DNA of 64,000 nucleotides from Bacteroidales bacterium (GTDB lineage Bacteria; Bacteroidota; Bacteroidia; Bacteroidales; VadinHA17), in contig JANYJP010000133.1 of the NCBI GenBank assembly GCA_025358455.1, forward strand, positions 10,852 to 74,851, given 5' to 3'. Position 1 is the first letter of the stretch, and the number at the start of each line of letters is the position of its first letter. Of this stretch, positions 45,067-55,596 are shown piece after piece. The position numbers were made by a program, and so were the translations under genes. The notes under the pieces were generated by a model. The model saw only the letters and a list, made by a program, of their open reading frames with translations, made no database searches and had not been told where the DNA came from.

Positions 45067-46752
45067 ATGAATGAAGCTATTCAATTGATTCTTTTCCTGG
45101 TTTTACTGGCTGTACTTTCGCCCTTGCTAGGCAAGTATATGGCTAAGGTATTCATGGGTGAAAAGCATATGATGAAGCCGGTTTTTGGCTGGCTTGAAAA
45201 ACTTGTTTACCGGTTATCCGGAATCAAAAGTGAGGAGGAAATGAACTGGAAAACATATATCTATGGAGTTCTCCTTTTCAACTTGTTTGGCTTTATCCTT
45301 TTGTTTCTTTTGCAGATGTTTCAGACATATCTGCCACTTAACACAGAAAAATTGCCAAATGTTTCATGGCATCTTGCATTTAATACGGCTATGAGTTTTA
45401 CTACCAATACCAACTGGCAATCTTACAGCGGTGAAAATACTCTGAGTTATTTGGTACAGATGCTGGGACTCACTGTACAGAATTTTGTCAGCGCGGCAAC
45501 AGGTATTGCAGTTGTACTCGCACTTATTCGCGGGTTGACCAGGAAAACAACCGATGCTCTTGGTAATTTTTGGGTTGACATGACAAGAAGTGTGCTATAT
45601 GTATTATTGCCTTTATCAATTATTTTTACAATAGCTCTGGTTGGGCAGGGTGCTGTTCAGACTTTTTCGCACTATGTAAAAGCAACCACTTTACAGGGAA
45701 CTGAGCAGGTTATTCCTCTGGGACCTGCTGCATCTCAAATTGCCATAAAACAACTTGGCACAAACGGAGGCGGTTTCTTTGGAGCTAACAGTGCACATCC
45801 CTTTGAAAATCCAACTCCTTTTTCCAACTTTTTAGAGTTGTTTTCAATGATTATCATTTCAGCTGGTTTAGTGTTTACGTTCGGATATTATATGAAGTCA
45901 AAACGGCAGGCCAGGGCCATTTTTATTACAATGTTTATCCTCTTTGCCATGGGCCTTGCAATATCACTCTGGTCTGAATATGGTCATAACAATGTATTGA
46001 ATGTAGCAGGCTCAATGGAAGGGAAGGAAACCCGTTTTGGAGTGATGAACAGTGTCCTCTGGTCTGTTACTACAACCGTTACTTCTAATGGTTCTGTGAA
46101 TGCCATGCATGATAGCTTATCACCTCTGTCAGGGCTGGTTGCCATGTTCAATCTGATGCTGGGCGAAATCATTTTTGGAGGTGTGGGCCCGGGATTATAT
46201 GGGATAATAATCTTCGTCATACTTACAGTGTTTATTGCAGGACTTATGGTTGGACGTACTCCCGAGTATCTTGGTAAAAAAATTGAAGCTTTTGAGATTA
46301 AAATGGCCATTCTTGCCGTTTTAGCTCCAAGTATCGTAATCAAGATATTTTCAGCGATTGCCTGCTCAATTCCTGCAGGGTTATCAACACTCAATAATGG
46401 AGGGCCACACGGCCTTTCAGAAATATTATACACGTTCAGTTCCGCTGCCGGGAATAATGGCAGCGCTTTTGGAGGGCTCAACACAAACACGGTTTTTTAC
46501 AACCTGATGATTGGATTTGGAATGCTTATAGGCCGTTTTGGGATAATCGTTCCGGTAATGGCTATTGCAGGGAGCATGGCTAAGAAAAAGATCACTCCTG
46601 TATCATCAGGCACTTTCAGAACCGACAACTGGTTGTTTGTTATGTTGTTGATAAGCGTTATTCTCATTGTCGGGGGGCTGACCTTTTTCCCTCCTCTGGC
46701 CTTAGGCCCAATAGTTGAACATTTGTTAATGAATTTAGGTGTAACGTTTTAA
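45067..46752 (+). CDS. kdpA: K+-transporting ATPase subunit A
   Basis: 561-aa polytopic protein. N-terminus and selectivity-filter-like NGGGF and TNGS segments are as in KdpA. Confidence 0.9.
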   Translation: MNEAIQLILFLVLLAVLSPLLGKYMAKVFMGEKHMMKPVFGWLEKLVYRLSGIKSEEEMNWKTYIYGVLLFNLFGFILLFLLQMFQTYLPLNTEKLPNVSWHLAFNTAMSFTTNTNWQSYSGENTLSYLVQMLGLTVQNFVSAATGIAVVLALIRGLTRKTTDALGNFWVDMTRSVLYVLLPLSIIFTIALVGQGAVQTFSHYVKATTLQGTEQVIPLGPAASQIAIKQLGTNGGGFFGANSAHPFENPTPFSNFLELFSMIIISAGLVFTFGYYMKSKRQARAIFITMFILFAMGLAISLWSEYGHNNVLNVAGSMEGKETRFGVMNSVLWSVTTTVTSNGSVNAMHDSLSPLSGLVAMFNLMLGEIIFGGVGPGLYGIIIFVILTVFIAGLMVGRTPEYLGKKIEAFEIKMAILAVLAPSIVIKIFSAIACSIPAGLSTLNNGGPHGLSEILYTFSSAAGNNGSAFGGLNTNTVFYNLMIGFGMLIGRFGIIVPVMAIAGSMAKKKITPVSSGTFRTDNWLFVMLLISVILIVGGLTFFPPLALGPIVEHLLMNLGVTF

Positions 46753-46760
46753 TCTCTAAG

Positions 46761-48860
46761 ATGAATAACATGGAAAAACGGGATATTAATCGCCTCATTA
46801 CTAATAAAATTGCGATACAGGCTTTAAAAGATTCTTTTCTCAAACTGAACCCGGGTGTTCTGGTGAAAAACCCGGTTATTTTCATTGTAGCCATCGGAGC
46901 CCTTATTACAACAGTTGTGGTATTTACTGATATTTTCAATAGTAATTTTTCTAACTTTAACTTTCAGATCACACTGTGGCTTTGGTTTACAGTATTGTTT
47001 GCTAATTTCGCTGAAGCAGTTGCTGAAGGCCGCGGCAAGGCTCAGGCAGATAGCTTACGTAAAAGCCGTACCCAGACTATGGCCCGAAAACTGGTTCATA
47101 GTAAAGAAGAACTTGTATCGGCAAATGATTTAAGAAAAGGAGATGTTGTGATCTGTGACGCCGGTGAGATTATCCCTGCAGACGGAGATGTAATCGGCGG
47201 AATTGCCAGTGTTGACGAATCGGCAATTACGGGAGAATCGGCACCAGTAATCCGTGAGAGTGGGGGCGACCGTTGCGCAGTGACCGGGGGTACTAAAGTT
47301 ATAAGTGACCGGATTACGATTAAAGTAACATCTGAACCGGGTTTTACATTTCTTGACCGTATGATCGCATTGGTCGAAGGAGCAAAACGACAAAAGACGC
47401 CTAACGAAATTGCCTTAATCATTCTACTTTCAGGTCTGACCATTATATTCCTCCTGGTGGTTGTTTCTTTGCCGGCATATTTTGGTTATAGTCTGAAGGC
47501 TTCAGGTCTGCCGGCAAGTCACAACCTTACTCTGCCTGTCTTGATTTCACTTCTTGTTTGTCTTATTCCAACAACAATCGGGGGATTACTGAGCGCTATC
47601 GGAATAAGTGGAATGGACAGGTTATTGCGCAAAAATGTTATTGCAACAAGTGGAAAAGCTATTGAAGCAGCTGGGGATACAGATGTTTTGCTTCTTGATA
47701 AAACCGGAACAATTACATTAGGGAACCGCATGGCCACCGAGTTTATTCCTGCAGAAGGCATTACAAAAGAACAACTGGCTGATGCAGCTCAACTAGCTTC
47801 ACTTGCTGATGAGACGCCCGAAGGCCGGTCGATTGTCATATTGGCAAAAGAACAGTTTAATATCAGGGCCAGGGAAATGCAGGATTTAGATACTGTGTTT
47901 GTCCCTTTTACTGCACTGACCAGCATGAGTGGCCTTGACTTAAAGAATCCTGATGGTCGGTTACGTAGTATCCGGAAGGGCTCCTCCACCGCCATAAGGA
48001 AATTCATCGAAAATAACAACGGATTTTTTCCTAAAAATGTGGAGGATATTGTTTCTGAACTTTCACGCCAGGGTGCCACACCTCTTGTTGTGGCAGAAAA
48101 TAACCAGGTACTCGGTGTCATCCATCTTAAAGATATAGTAAAGGGTGGTATTAAGAAGCGTTTTGCACAGCTCCGTATGATGGGAATCCGGACAATTATG
48201 ATCACAGGCGACAATCCGCAAACTGCTGCTGCTATTGCTGCTGAGGCCGGAGTAGATGATTTTCTGGCTGAAGCAAAACCCGAAGATAAGCTTTATCGCA
48301 TAAGGGAAGAACAAGCCAATGGTCATCTTGTAGGAATGATCGGAGATGGCACCAATGACGCACCAGCTCTTGCCCAGGCTGATGTAGGACTGGCAATGAA
48401 CACAGGGACCCAGGCTGCACGCGAAGCCGGAAACATGGTTGATCTCGACAGTAATCCTACAAAGCTGATAGAAGTAGTTGAAACGGGGAAACAACTGCTT
48501 ATGACACGCGGCGCCCTGACAACCTTTAGCATTGCAAATGATGTTGCTAAATATTTTGCAATAATTCCTGCTATATCCACTTCTTTGTACGTCACATCTT
48601 CAGGTGTGTCGCCGTTAGGTGTCCTTAATATAATGAAGCTTACCTCTCCTGAAAGCGCTATTTTAAGCGCAGTTATTTTCAACGCCTTGATTATTGTCGC
48701 TCTTATACCGCTTGCACTCAGAGGAGTGAAATACCGGCCAATTTCAGCCAACCGGGTACTTGCTTTGAACATAGTTATCTATGGTATTGGAGGAATTATT
48801 GTTCCATTTATTGGAATCAAGATGATTGATATGTTACTTGTTTCCATGCACATGATATAG
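46761..48860 (+). CDS. kdpB: K+-transporting ATPase subunit B (P-type ATPase)
   Basis: DKTGTIT phosphorylation site, TGDN and [10 protein letters not shown] motifs. Confidence 0.95.
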   Translation: MNNMEKRDINRLITNKIAIQALKDSFLKLNPGVLVKNPVIFIVAIGALITTVVVFTDIFNSNFSNFNFQITLWLWFTVLFANFAEAVAEGRGKAQADSLRKSRTQTMARKLVHSKEELVSANDLRKGDVVICDAGEIIPADGDVIGGIASVDESAITGESAPVIRESGGDRCAVTGGTKVISDRITIKVTSEPGFTFLDRMIALVEGAKRQKTPNEIALIILLSGLTIIFLLVVVSLPAYFGYSLKASGLPASHNLTLPVLISLLVCLIPTTIGGLLSAIGISGMDRLLRKNVIATSGKAIEAAGDTDVLLLDKTGTITLGNRMATEFIPAEGITKEQLADAAQLASLADETPEGRSIVILAKEQFNIRAREMQDLDTVFVPFTALTSMSGLDLKNPDGRLRSIRKGSSTAIRKFIENNNGFFPKNVEDIVSELSRQGATPLVVAENNQVLGVIHLKDIVKGGIKKRFAQLRMMGIRTIMITGDNPQTAAAIAAEAGVDDFLAEAKPEDKLYRIREEQANGHLVGMIGDGTNDAPALAQADVGLAMNTGTQAAREAGNMVDLDSNPTKLIEVVETGKQLLMTRGALTTFSIANDVAKYFAIIPAISTSLYVTSSGVSPLGVLNIMKLTSPESAILSAVIFNALIIVALIPLALRGVKYRPISANRVLALNIVIYGIGGIIVPFIGIKMIDMLLVSMHMI

Positions 48861-48894
48861 AAGAGCAGGAAGTGTAAAATTAACTTAGATTATT

Positions 48895-49467
48895 ATGAAA
48901 ACACAAGCTAAAATAGCATTAAAATTCTTGCTGGTCATGACAATACTGACAGGTATTATATATCCCCTTTTAATGACCGGTCTGGCGCAGTTGGGTTTTC
49001 CACACAAAGCTAATGGAAGCCTTATAATACAGGATGGTAAAATAATAGGCTCGGAGCTTATTGGACAGAAGTTCGATAGTATTATATATTTCTGTTCAAG
49101 ACCGTCAGCCATAGGATATAATCCAATTCCATCAGGAGCTTCAAACTACGGACCAACGAGTGATACCTTAAAAAAGCAGGTCGCTGCACGTCGTGTTTTA
49201 TTTGCGAAAATGAATTCAATACCGTATGAATCTGTTATCCCGAAAGAAATGATTTTTGCATCGGGAAGCGGACTCGATCCACATATATCACCTGAAGCAG
49301 CTTTAATGCAGGTTGATCGCATTTCCCAGTCCAGGCATTTCAGCATTACCAGGAAAGAAGAACTTTTGAAAATAATAAAGGATATGACTGAGGCGCCGCA
49401 GTTTTTATGTATGGGCGAGCCGCGGATTAATGTGCTTTTATTAAATTTAATGCTTGATAAAATTTAG
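48895..49467 (+). CDS. kdpC: K+-transporting ATPase subunit C
   Basis: 190 aa with a single N-terminal TM helix and the SGSGLDPHISP motif. Confidence 0.9.
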   Translation: MKTQAKIALKFLLVMTILTGIIYPLLMTGLAQLGFPHKANGSLIIQDGKIIGSELIGQKFDSIIYFCSRPSAIGYNPIPSGASNYGPTSDTLKKQVAARRVLFAKMNSIPYESVIPKEMIFASGSGLDPHISPEAALMQVDRISQSRHFSITRKEELLKIIKDMTEAPQFLCMGEPRINVLLLNLMLDKI

Positions 49468-49550
49468 CACAATTAACTGATAACGCATAACCCAATATGG
49501 AAGAACAGGCAGCAGCATTAATTTACAGATTTGAAAAAAGGTAGGACTCT

Positions 49551-52238
49551 ATGGACTTTAAAGACAACCGTCCGGATCCCGACGAACTTTTAGCCTCTTT
49601 AAAGTTGGAGGAAGAAAAAAGCAAGAGGGGCAAACTTAAGATATTCTTTGGTATGTGTGCCGGTGTGGGTAAGACTTATACCATGCTTCAAACAGCGCAT
49701 GCTGAAAAATTAAAAGGCTGCGATATTATTATAGGTTATGTTGAAACGCACAACCGGAAGGAAACAGCTGATTTGGTCGAGGGCTTTGAATTGATTCCAC
49801 GTAAAACCTATTATTACAAATCGACTGCAGTTAACGAGATGGATCTGGATGCAATAATAGCCCGGAAGCCCTGGCTTGTAATTGTCGATGAACTTGCACA
49901 TACTAATGCACCAGGCAGCAGGCATGCAAAGAGGTTCCAGGATGTCATGGAAATTCTTGATAACGGCATTAATGTTTATACCACAGTTAATGTTCAGCAT
50001 CTTGAAAGCCGTTCAGATACCGTTGCGCAGATCACAGGTATTATTGTACGTGAAACAGTGCCGGATGAAATCTTTGAAAATGCCGATGATATTGAAGTTA
50101 TTGATCTGACTCCTGATGAACTGCTGCAAAGGCTTTCAGATGGGAAAGTATATACACCAGAACGATCAAAAGAAGCTGTCGAGAGCTTTTTTCGCAAAGG
50201 AAACATAACAGCTTTACGGGAAATGGCGTTGCGAATAGTTGCCGACCGGGTGGACAAACAGCTGCATGAATACATGCAACTAAAACGCATAAAAGGTCCC
50301 TGGAAATCAGGCCTGCATCTATTGGTTGCAGTCAGTCATACCCAGCAATCCGCTAAATTACTCAGATGGGCAAAAAACCTTTCCTACACAATGGGTGCAG
50401 ATCTTCAGGCCATTTATGTGGAAACATCTCATAAACCTGATACGAAGGAAAGTGAACAACTTAATAAGAATATCAGCCTTGCCAGACAGTTAGGTATTAA
50501 ATTCCGCTTTGTTACCAATAGTGATATGGTTAAAGCAATTGTGGATTTTGCTCAGAAAGAAAATATTACACATATAATCATTGGTAAACCTCGCGTTCGC
50601 AACCTGTTAACGTTATTACGGCTTGGCAACTTTGTGAACAGGCTAATAAGATATAGCGGTAACATAGATGTGTACATATTGGGTTCTGATAATCAGAAGA
50701 AAGACAGGTTTAAGGAAAATGTCTCTTTACCTTCTTTCACTTCTAACATCCGGCAATATTTTTTAGCTTCGCTGATAGTTTTTCTTACAGCAACAATATG
50801 CTTTTTCATTAAAGAATTTATTGGTTACCAGGTCGTTTCTTTTGCATTATTGTTCGTTGTTTCGACGCTTGCATTCTTCTTTGGTACCGGGCCAATTCTT
50901 GTTGCTGCCACATTAAGTGCGCTTATCTGGGATTTCTTTTTTATACCTCCGCCCTATACTCTGCATGTCGATAAGCCGGAAGATATGCTTATGCTCATAA
51001 TGTTTTTCATTATCGCTTTACTCAGTGGGGTGCTCACATCCAGGATCAAGAGGCAGGAAATGAAGATCAGGATAAGGGAGGAGCGCACAAATGCTCTTTA
51101 CCAGCTTACCAGAGAACTATCTACTGCAACAGGTGTCGAAGAAGTAATAGTTATAGCAAAAAACGACATTAAGAAATATTTTAATCTTAAAAGCCGGATC
51201 TTACTCAAAAATGACGATAATAAGCTGGCTTATGTTAATCAGAAAGATACCGATTTTACCCTTTCAAAAAACGATTTGAGTATTGCAGAATGGACATACC
51301 ATCATTCTGCCAAGGCAGGAAAACACACTGATACTTTACCCTCAGGCAGTTTTACATTTTACCCTTTAAAAGGAAATCAAATGAACCTGGGAGTTATTGC
51401 GATTCAACAGGAAATTGTATTTACTCAGGGTGAAGAGCAATTCTGGGAGACTTTTATTTCGCAGATATCAGGAAAGTTCGAACGTGAATACTTACGCAAT
51501 ATGGCAAAGCAGGCCTTTGTATTAAACGAATCCGATAAACTTTACAAGACGCTTTTTAACTCCATATCGCATGAGTTGAGGATACCTGTTGCAACTATTA
51601 TGGGCGCATCGGACTCCCTGATCACAACCCGGCATCCGGAGGAAATAACCAAAGAACTTTCAAATGAAATATTTAAGGCATCCAAAAGATTAAACCGCCT
51701 AATTGAAAATCTTCTTAATATGTCTAGGCTGGAAAGCGGAAGGATAACTCTTCGGCTTGATTGGTGTGATATTCATGACCTGATAAATAAAGTCACCGAG
51801 AGCCTTAAGGAGGAGTTAAAATCATTTAGCCTGCATGTGGTTATTCCGGATGATATGCCTTTTGTAAAAATGGATTTCGGGTTAATGGAACAGGTTCTCT
51901 ATAACCTGATGTACAATGCAACACAATATGCTTCCTCTTCAAATAATCTCCGGGTTAAAGCATTCTATGACAATGGTATAATGACTTTACAGGTTATGGA
52001 TAGAGGTCCTGGTTTTCCTGCTAAGGAAATATCTCTTATATTTAATAAGTTTTACAGAGTTGAGGGATCAGGTGTAGGAGGCACTGGATTGGGTCTTTCA
52101 ATTGCTAAAGGCTTTACAGAAGCTCACAAGGGAACAATAACCGTTGAGAACAGACAAAATGGAGGCGCAAAGTTCACGATTAAAATACCAACAGAAATAC
52201 CTGAGATAGAATTTAAGGGAGAAATAATTAATAAATGA
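49551..52238 (+). CDS. kdpD: sensor histidine kinase KdpD
   Basis: N-terminal KdpD domain with a P-loop (GMCAGVGKT), a Usp-like domain and 4 TM helices. H-box SHELRIPV and ATP-binding GTGLGLSI. Confidence 0.9.
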   Translation: MDFKDNRPDPDELLASLKLEEEKSKRGKLKIFFGMCAGVGKTYTMLQTAHAEKLKGCDIIIGYVETHNRKETADLVEGFELIPRKTYYYKSTAVNEMDLDAIIARKPWLVIVDELAHTNAPGSRHAKRFQDVMEILDNGINVYTTVNVQHLESRSDTVAQITGIIVRETVPDEIFENADDIEVIDLTPDELLQRLSDGKVYTPERSKEAVESFFRKGNITALREMALRIVADRVDKQLHEYMQLKRIKGPWKSGLHLLVAVSHTQQSAKLLRWAKNLSYTMGADLQAIYVETSHKPDTKESEQLNKNISLARQLGIKFRFVTNSDMVKAIVDFAQKENITHIIIGKPRVRNLLTLLRLGNFVNRLIRYSGNIDVYILGSDNQKKDRFKENVSLPSFTSNIRQYFLASLIVFLTATICFFIKEFIGYQVVSFALLFVVSTLAFFFGTGPILVAATLSALIWDFFFIPPPYTLHVDKPEDMLMLIMFFIIALLSGVLTSRIKRQEMKIRIREERTNALYQLTRELSTATGVEEVIVIAKNDIKKYFNLKSRILLKNDDNKLAYVNQKDTDFTLSKNDLSIAEWTYHHSAKAGKHTDTLPSGSFTFYPLKGNQMNLGVIAIQQEIVFTQGEEQFWETFISQISGKFEREYLRNMAKQAFVLNESDKLYKTLFNSISHELRIPVATIMGASDSLITTRHPEEITKELSNEIFKASKRLNRLIENLLNMSRLESGRITLRLDWCDIHDLINKVTESLKEELKSFSLHVVIPDDMPFVKMDFGLMEQVLYNLMYNATQYASSSNNLRVKAFYDNGIMTLQVMDRGPGFPAKEISLIFNKFYRVEGSGVGGTGLGLSIAKGFTEAHKGTITVENRQNGGAKFTIKIPTEIPEIEFKGEIINK

Positions 52239-52918
52239 ATTTGCCCGAAACAATACTGGTAATTGATGATGAAGTGCAGATACGACGTTTACTTGAAATA
52301 ACACTCTCATCAAATGGCTTTAAGATATCCGAGGCTGGAACCGGAAAAGATGGTCTTATTGCAGCGGCAACACATCCACCTGCACTCGTTATTCTTGACC
52401 TTGGATTGCCTGATTCTGATGGCATTGAGATTCTGAAAAAATTCAGGGAATGGTATCAGAAACCAATCATTATTCTTTCGGTAAGGAATTCGGAGGAAGA
52501 TATTATTAATGCACTCGATAATGGAGCCAATGATTATTTGACTAAACCATTCAGAACAGGTGAGCTTCTGGCACGTATCAGAGTTGCTCTGAGAAAGAGC
52601 CAGGAATCAGATGATAACCCCAATTTGACCTTTGGTTCACTTTCCATTGACCTGGTTAATCATATCGTACGCAAAGAAGGAATTATTCTTAAGCTTACAA
52701 CAACAGAATTTTCATTATTGTCACTACTGTCGCGGAATTCCGGCAGAGTATTAACTCATCATACTATCCTAAAAGAAATATGGGGATTCGGCTATGTCGG
52801 GCAAACACAATATTTAAGAGTATTCATCGCCCAGCTTCGTAAGAAAATTGAGGACGATCCGGCTAAACCTAAATATCTGATAACCGAATCAGGAATAGGA
52901 TACCGGTTCCATGAATAG
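52235..52918 (+). CDS. kdpE: response regulator KdpE (OmpR family)
   Basis: Receiver domain (VIDDE...DLGLPDSDG...K) plus a winged helix (GIGYRF). ATGA overlap with kdpD. Confidence 0.9.
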   Translation: MNLPETILVIDDEVQIRRLLEITLSSNGFKISEAGTGKDGLIAAATHPPALVILDLGLPDSDGIEILKKFREWYQKPIIILSVRNSEEDIINALDNGANDYLTKPFRTGELLARIRVALRKSQESDDNPNLTFGSLSIDLVNHIVRKEGIILKLTTTEFSLLSLLSRNSGRVLTHHTILKEIWGFGYVGQTQYLRVFIAQLRKKIEDDPAKPKYLITESGIGYRFHE

Positions 52919-52936
52919 CAGTCCCCGCAAAATGGT

Positions 52937-54307
52937 TCAGAATTCGATAATCTTCTCCACCCTGTTGATTTTAAGATATTGTTTCAATATTCCCTGAATA
53001 TCGTGGTTGTCGATGGATTGTACTATACAATCATGCACGGCAGAAAGCCCAAACCCCATATCATTAATATTAAAGTATCCGAAACCGGAATATTTCCCGT
53101 TAACGATTTTCACTGCGCACCGTTCTTCCTTATCCCGTCCCCTGTCAATAATAAAAAAGTTGCGTCTTGAAAAAATAAACTCTTCTGTGGCCTTTATAGC
53201 CCTCTCATTATATGCCTCTGCAGATTCCTTCCCGATACAGGCGCCATGACAGATCCCTACCTGGTAATGAAAACATGCTCCATCAGTTTCATATAAACCT
53301 GATAATTTCTGACAAAGACTATATGTTTCTACCAGTGAGTTTAGCTTTGATTTGGTTTTTTCTTTTGAGGTGAACACTGATACAGGCAAATCATCATTGT
53401 TAAGTTGTCCATATCTGTAGTTTATATATCCATTAGTATCAGTGAACCTGAAAATGCCCCACTGGAATCCTGATCTTCTCTGTAACCTGTTATATACAGG
53501 CTTATTAAGTTTGATTTCGTATGACTCTTTGAGAAGTGCAATCAGTTCACTGCCTGTTCTTTCCCAGTCAATATCCGCAATCTGGTCGCGCATCTCCATC
53601 GCCCTGTTGGTAGAATTATTTGAGAGATGAGTGCTTACTCTTTGCGAAAGATTCCGGCTTTTACCTATGTATATCAAGTCGCCATTCTCATTATAAAAGT
53701 AATAGACACCGGGCTCATCCGGTATCTTATCTAACTTACTGATATCGAGTTTTGGATTCAGCTTTGACACCTTTGTATTCTTCATCAGGGCTTCTTTGCT
53801 GCCATTGACTTCCCTGTCTTTTTCCATCAATATCTCAAAAAGCTTTACTGTAGCCAGGGCATCTCCCGACGCTCTGTGTCTCCCGTTTATGGAAATCCTC
53901 AGATCATTACAGATATTGCCCAGGCTGTATGACTTATGACCAGGTAGAAGTTTCCTGCTAAGGGCAACAGTATCAAGAATGCTTCTCCTGAAATTAAAAC
54001 CAAGTGACTTAAACTCCTCACGAATAAAAGAATAGTCAAACCTTGCATTATGAGCAACAAATGTTCTTCCTTCAGTTAATTCAACTATTTGTTTGGCAAT
54101 CTCATAAAAGCGGGGAGCATCTTCAACCATTTCATTTGTTATACCTGTAAGGTTTGTGATGAAATATGGAATATTCCTTTCGGGATTGACCAATGATACA
54201 AATTCTCCGGTTATCTGGTTACCATCATGAATATAAATGGCTATCTCAGTGATTTTCTCAATCCGCGCACTTCCTCCGGTTGTTTCAATATCAATAATCG
54301 CATACAT
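52937..54307 (-). CDS. DnaQ-like 3'-5' exonuclease fused to GIY-YIG (UvrC/Cho N-terminal-like) nuclease domain
   Basis: Exo I motif AIIDIETTG, later HNARFDYSF and H..SGDA. These are followed by GIY-YIG (PGVYYFYNENGDLIYIGKSRNLSQRV) and a Cys-rich CFHYQVGICHGAC segment. Confidence 0.75.
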   Translation of the reverse strand: MYAIIDIETTGGSARIEKITEIAIYIHDGNQITGEFVSLVNPERNIPYFITNLTGITNEMVEDAPRFYEIAKQIVELTEGRTFVAHNARFDYSFIREEFKSLGFNFRRSILDTVALSRKLLPGHKSYSLGNICNDLRISINGRHRASGDALATVKLFEILMEKDREVNGSKEALMKNTKVSKLNPKLDISKLDKIPDEPGVYYFYNENGDLIYIGKSRNLSQRVSTHLSNNSTNRAMEMRDQIADIDWERTGSELIALLKESYEIKLNKPVYNRLQRRSGFQWGIFRFTDTNGYINYRYGQLNNDDLPVSVFTSKEKTKSKLNSLVETYSLCQKLSGLYETDGACFHYQVGICHGACIGKESAEAYNERAIKATEEFIFSRRNFFIIDRGRDKEERCAVKIVNGKYSGFGYFNINDMGFGLSAVHDCIVQSIDNHDIQGILKQYLKINRVEKIIEF

Positions 54308-54405
54308 GGGTTGAATTCTCCAGTGAATTATAGGGTACGAATATAATCACAAATGAGGCAGATTGACTGATAGTTTGTATTTTTGTTCTCCTAAATAGTG
54401 GTGTA

Positions 54406-55236
54406 ATGAATGAATGTTTCGGGAAGAAATTTATACTTAACGGAGAGCTTCATCCGTCAGAATTATTTGATAATTCGCTTATCTATGAAGGGGATTCAAT
54501 TTACGAGGTTATCAGGATGGTTAAGGGCGTTCCTGTCTTTTTCCCTGATCATCTGGAACGTTTATCCACAAGTGTAAAGCTTCAGCACAAGAGCATGCTG
54601 ACTGATGCAGCTGAGCTGAAAAATAATATAATTCAGCTTACGCGATCGGATAAGAAAAAGGAATCAAATATTAAAATTGTCTTTAATTATAATAAAGGAG
54701 TAATAAACTATCTCATATATTTTATTGAACCAATTTATCCTTCCGATGAACAATATAAAAAAGGTGTCAAGGGCATACTTTTTTTTGCTGAGAGGAAAGA
54801 TCCGGAATCCAAAGTAATAAATCACAAACTAAGATCTTCAATTTATCATAAACTCATTCAGGATGGTGGTTATGAAGCTCTTCTTGTAAATGCGAAAAAT
54901 TTAATAACCGAGGGAAGCAGATCAAATATCTTTTTTCTAAGGAACGAAACCCTTATAACCGCACCGGATAATCTTATTCTGAATGGAATTACAAGGAAAT
55001 ATGTTCTTGAAATCTGCAGGGAAAACAAAATTAATGTAGAATTAGCTTGCGTTAATGCTGATCATATTTTGGAATATGAAGCGGTTTTTATGACGGGTAC
55101 TTCTCCGATGGTACTACCGTTTTATTGTATCAATGATAAATTATTTAATGTCCGCCTTCCTCTAATGGAAAAGCTTAGAAAACTATATATGTTAAAGGTA
55201 AAAGAGAGTATCCTTCTTTTCAGACCTGAATTTTGA
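54406..55236 (+). CDS. class IV aminotransferase family protein (branched-chain/D-amino-acid aminotransferase or ADC lyase-like)
   Basis: Fold-type IV pattern (...EGSRSNIFF...T.....LNGITR...). Substrate cannot be determined. Confidence 0.65.
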   Translation: MNECFGKKFILNGELHPSELFDNSLIYEGDSIYEVIRMVKGVPVFFPDHLERLSTSVKLQHKSMLTDAAELKNNIIQLTRSDKKKESNIKIVFNYNKGVINYLIYFIEPIYPSDEQYKKGVKGILFFAERKDPESKVINHKLRSSIYHKLIQDGGYEALLVNAKNLITEGSRSNIFFLRNETLITAPDNLILNGITRKYVLEICRENKINVELACVNADHILEYEAVFMTGTSPMVLPFYCINDKLFNVRLPLMEKLRKLYMLKVKESILLFRPEF

Positions 55237-55302
55237 TGACCTTTGAAAAGACTGTAGGATAATTTATTATATTTGTGCTTTATTAATCCAATCCTCTGTA
55301 GT

Positions 55303-55596
55303 ATGGCAAGTGTAAGAAGTCTGAAAAAAGATATTGATTACCTGATTTTTGAAGTTATTTCTGATTGTTTTGCTTATTCAGGTATTCATCCTGATAATAA
55401 ATCAGATGAGTTATCCGCAATTATTTCGGATGCTGTTAATTTCAGAAATGATCTTATTGCCCGTGTAAATAATCCTGACGGCAAGGATAATCCTAAAATT
55501 GTAAAAGCTTTTTATAAGTCAGTTGAAAAAGACCTTATTACCGGTGTCGATAAACTTTTTGACAGACTAAGCGCTTTGTCAGCTAAGAAAAAGTAA
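55303..55596 (+). CDS. hypothetical protein (97 aa)
   Basis: ORF from the ATG at 55303 (MASVRSLKKDIDYLIFEVISDC...). No recognisable motif. Its 3' end overlaps the convergent radical SAM gene by 14 nt. Confidence 0.4.
   Translation: MASVRSLKKDIDYLIFEVISDCFAYSGIHPDNKSDELSAIISDAVNFRNDLIARVNNPDGKDNPKIVKAFYKSVEKDLITGVDKLFDRLSALSAKKK

Noticed and set aside
47096-48772. Multiple 60-150-aa antisense ORFs inside kdpB, and similar ones inside kdpA, kdpD, iorA, ggt and the Hyf-like genes.
   Set aside because: They lie wholly within strongly supported genes on the other strand. They are typical shadow ORFs of locally GC-richer coding DNA.
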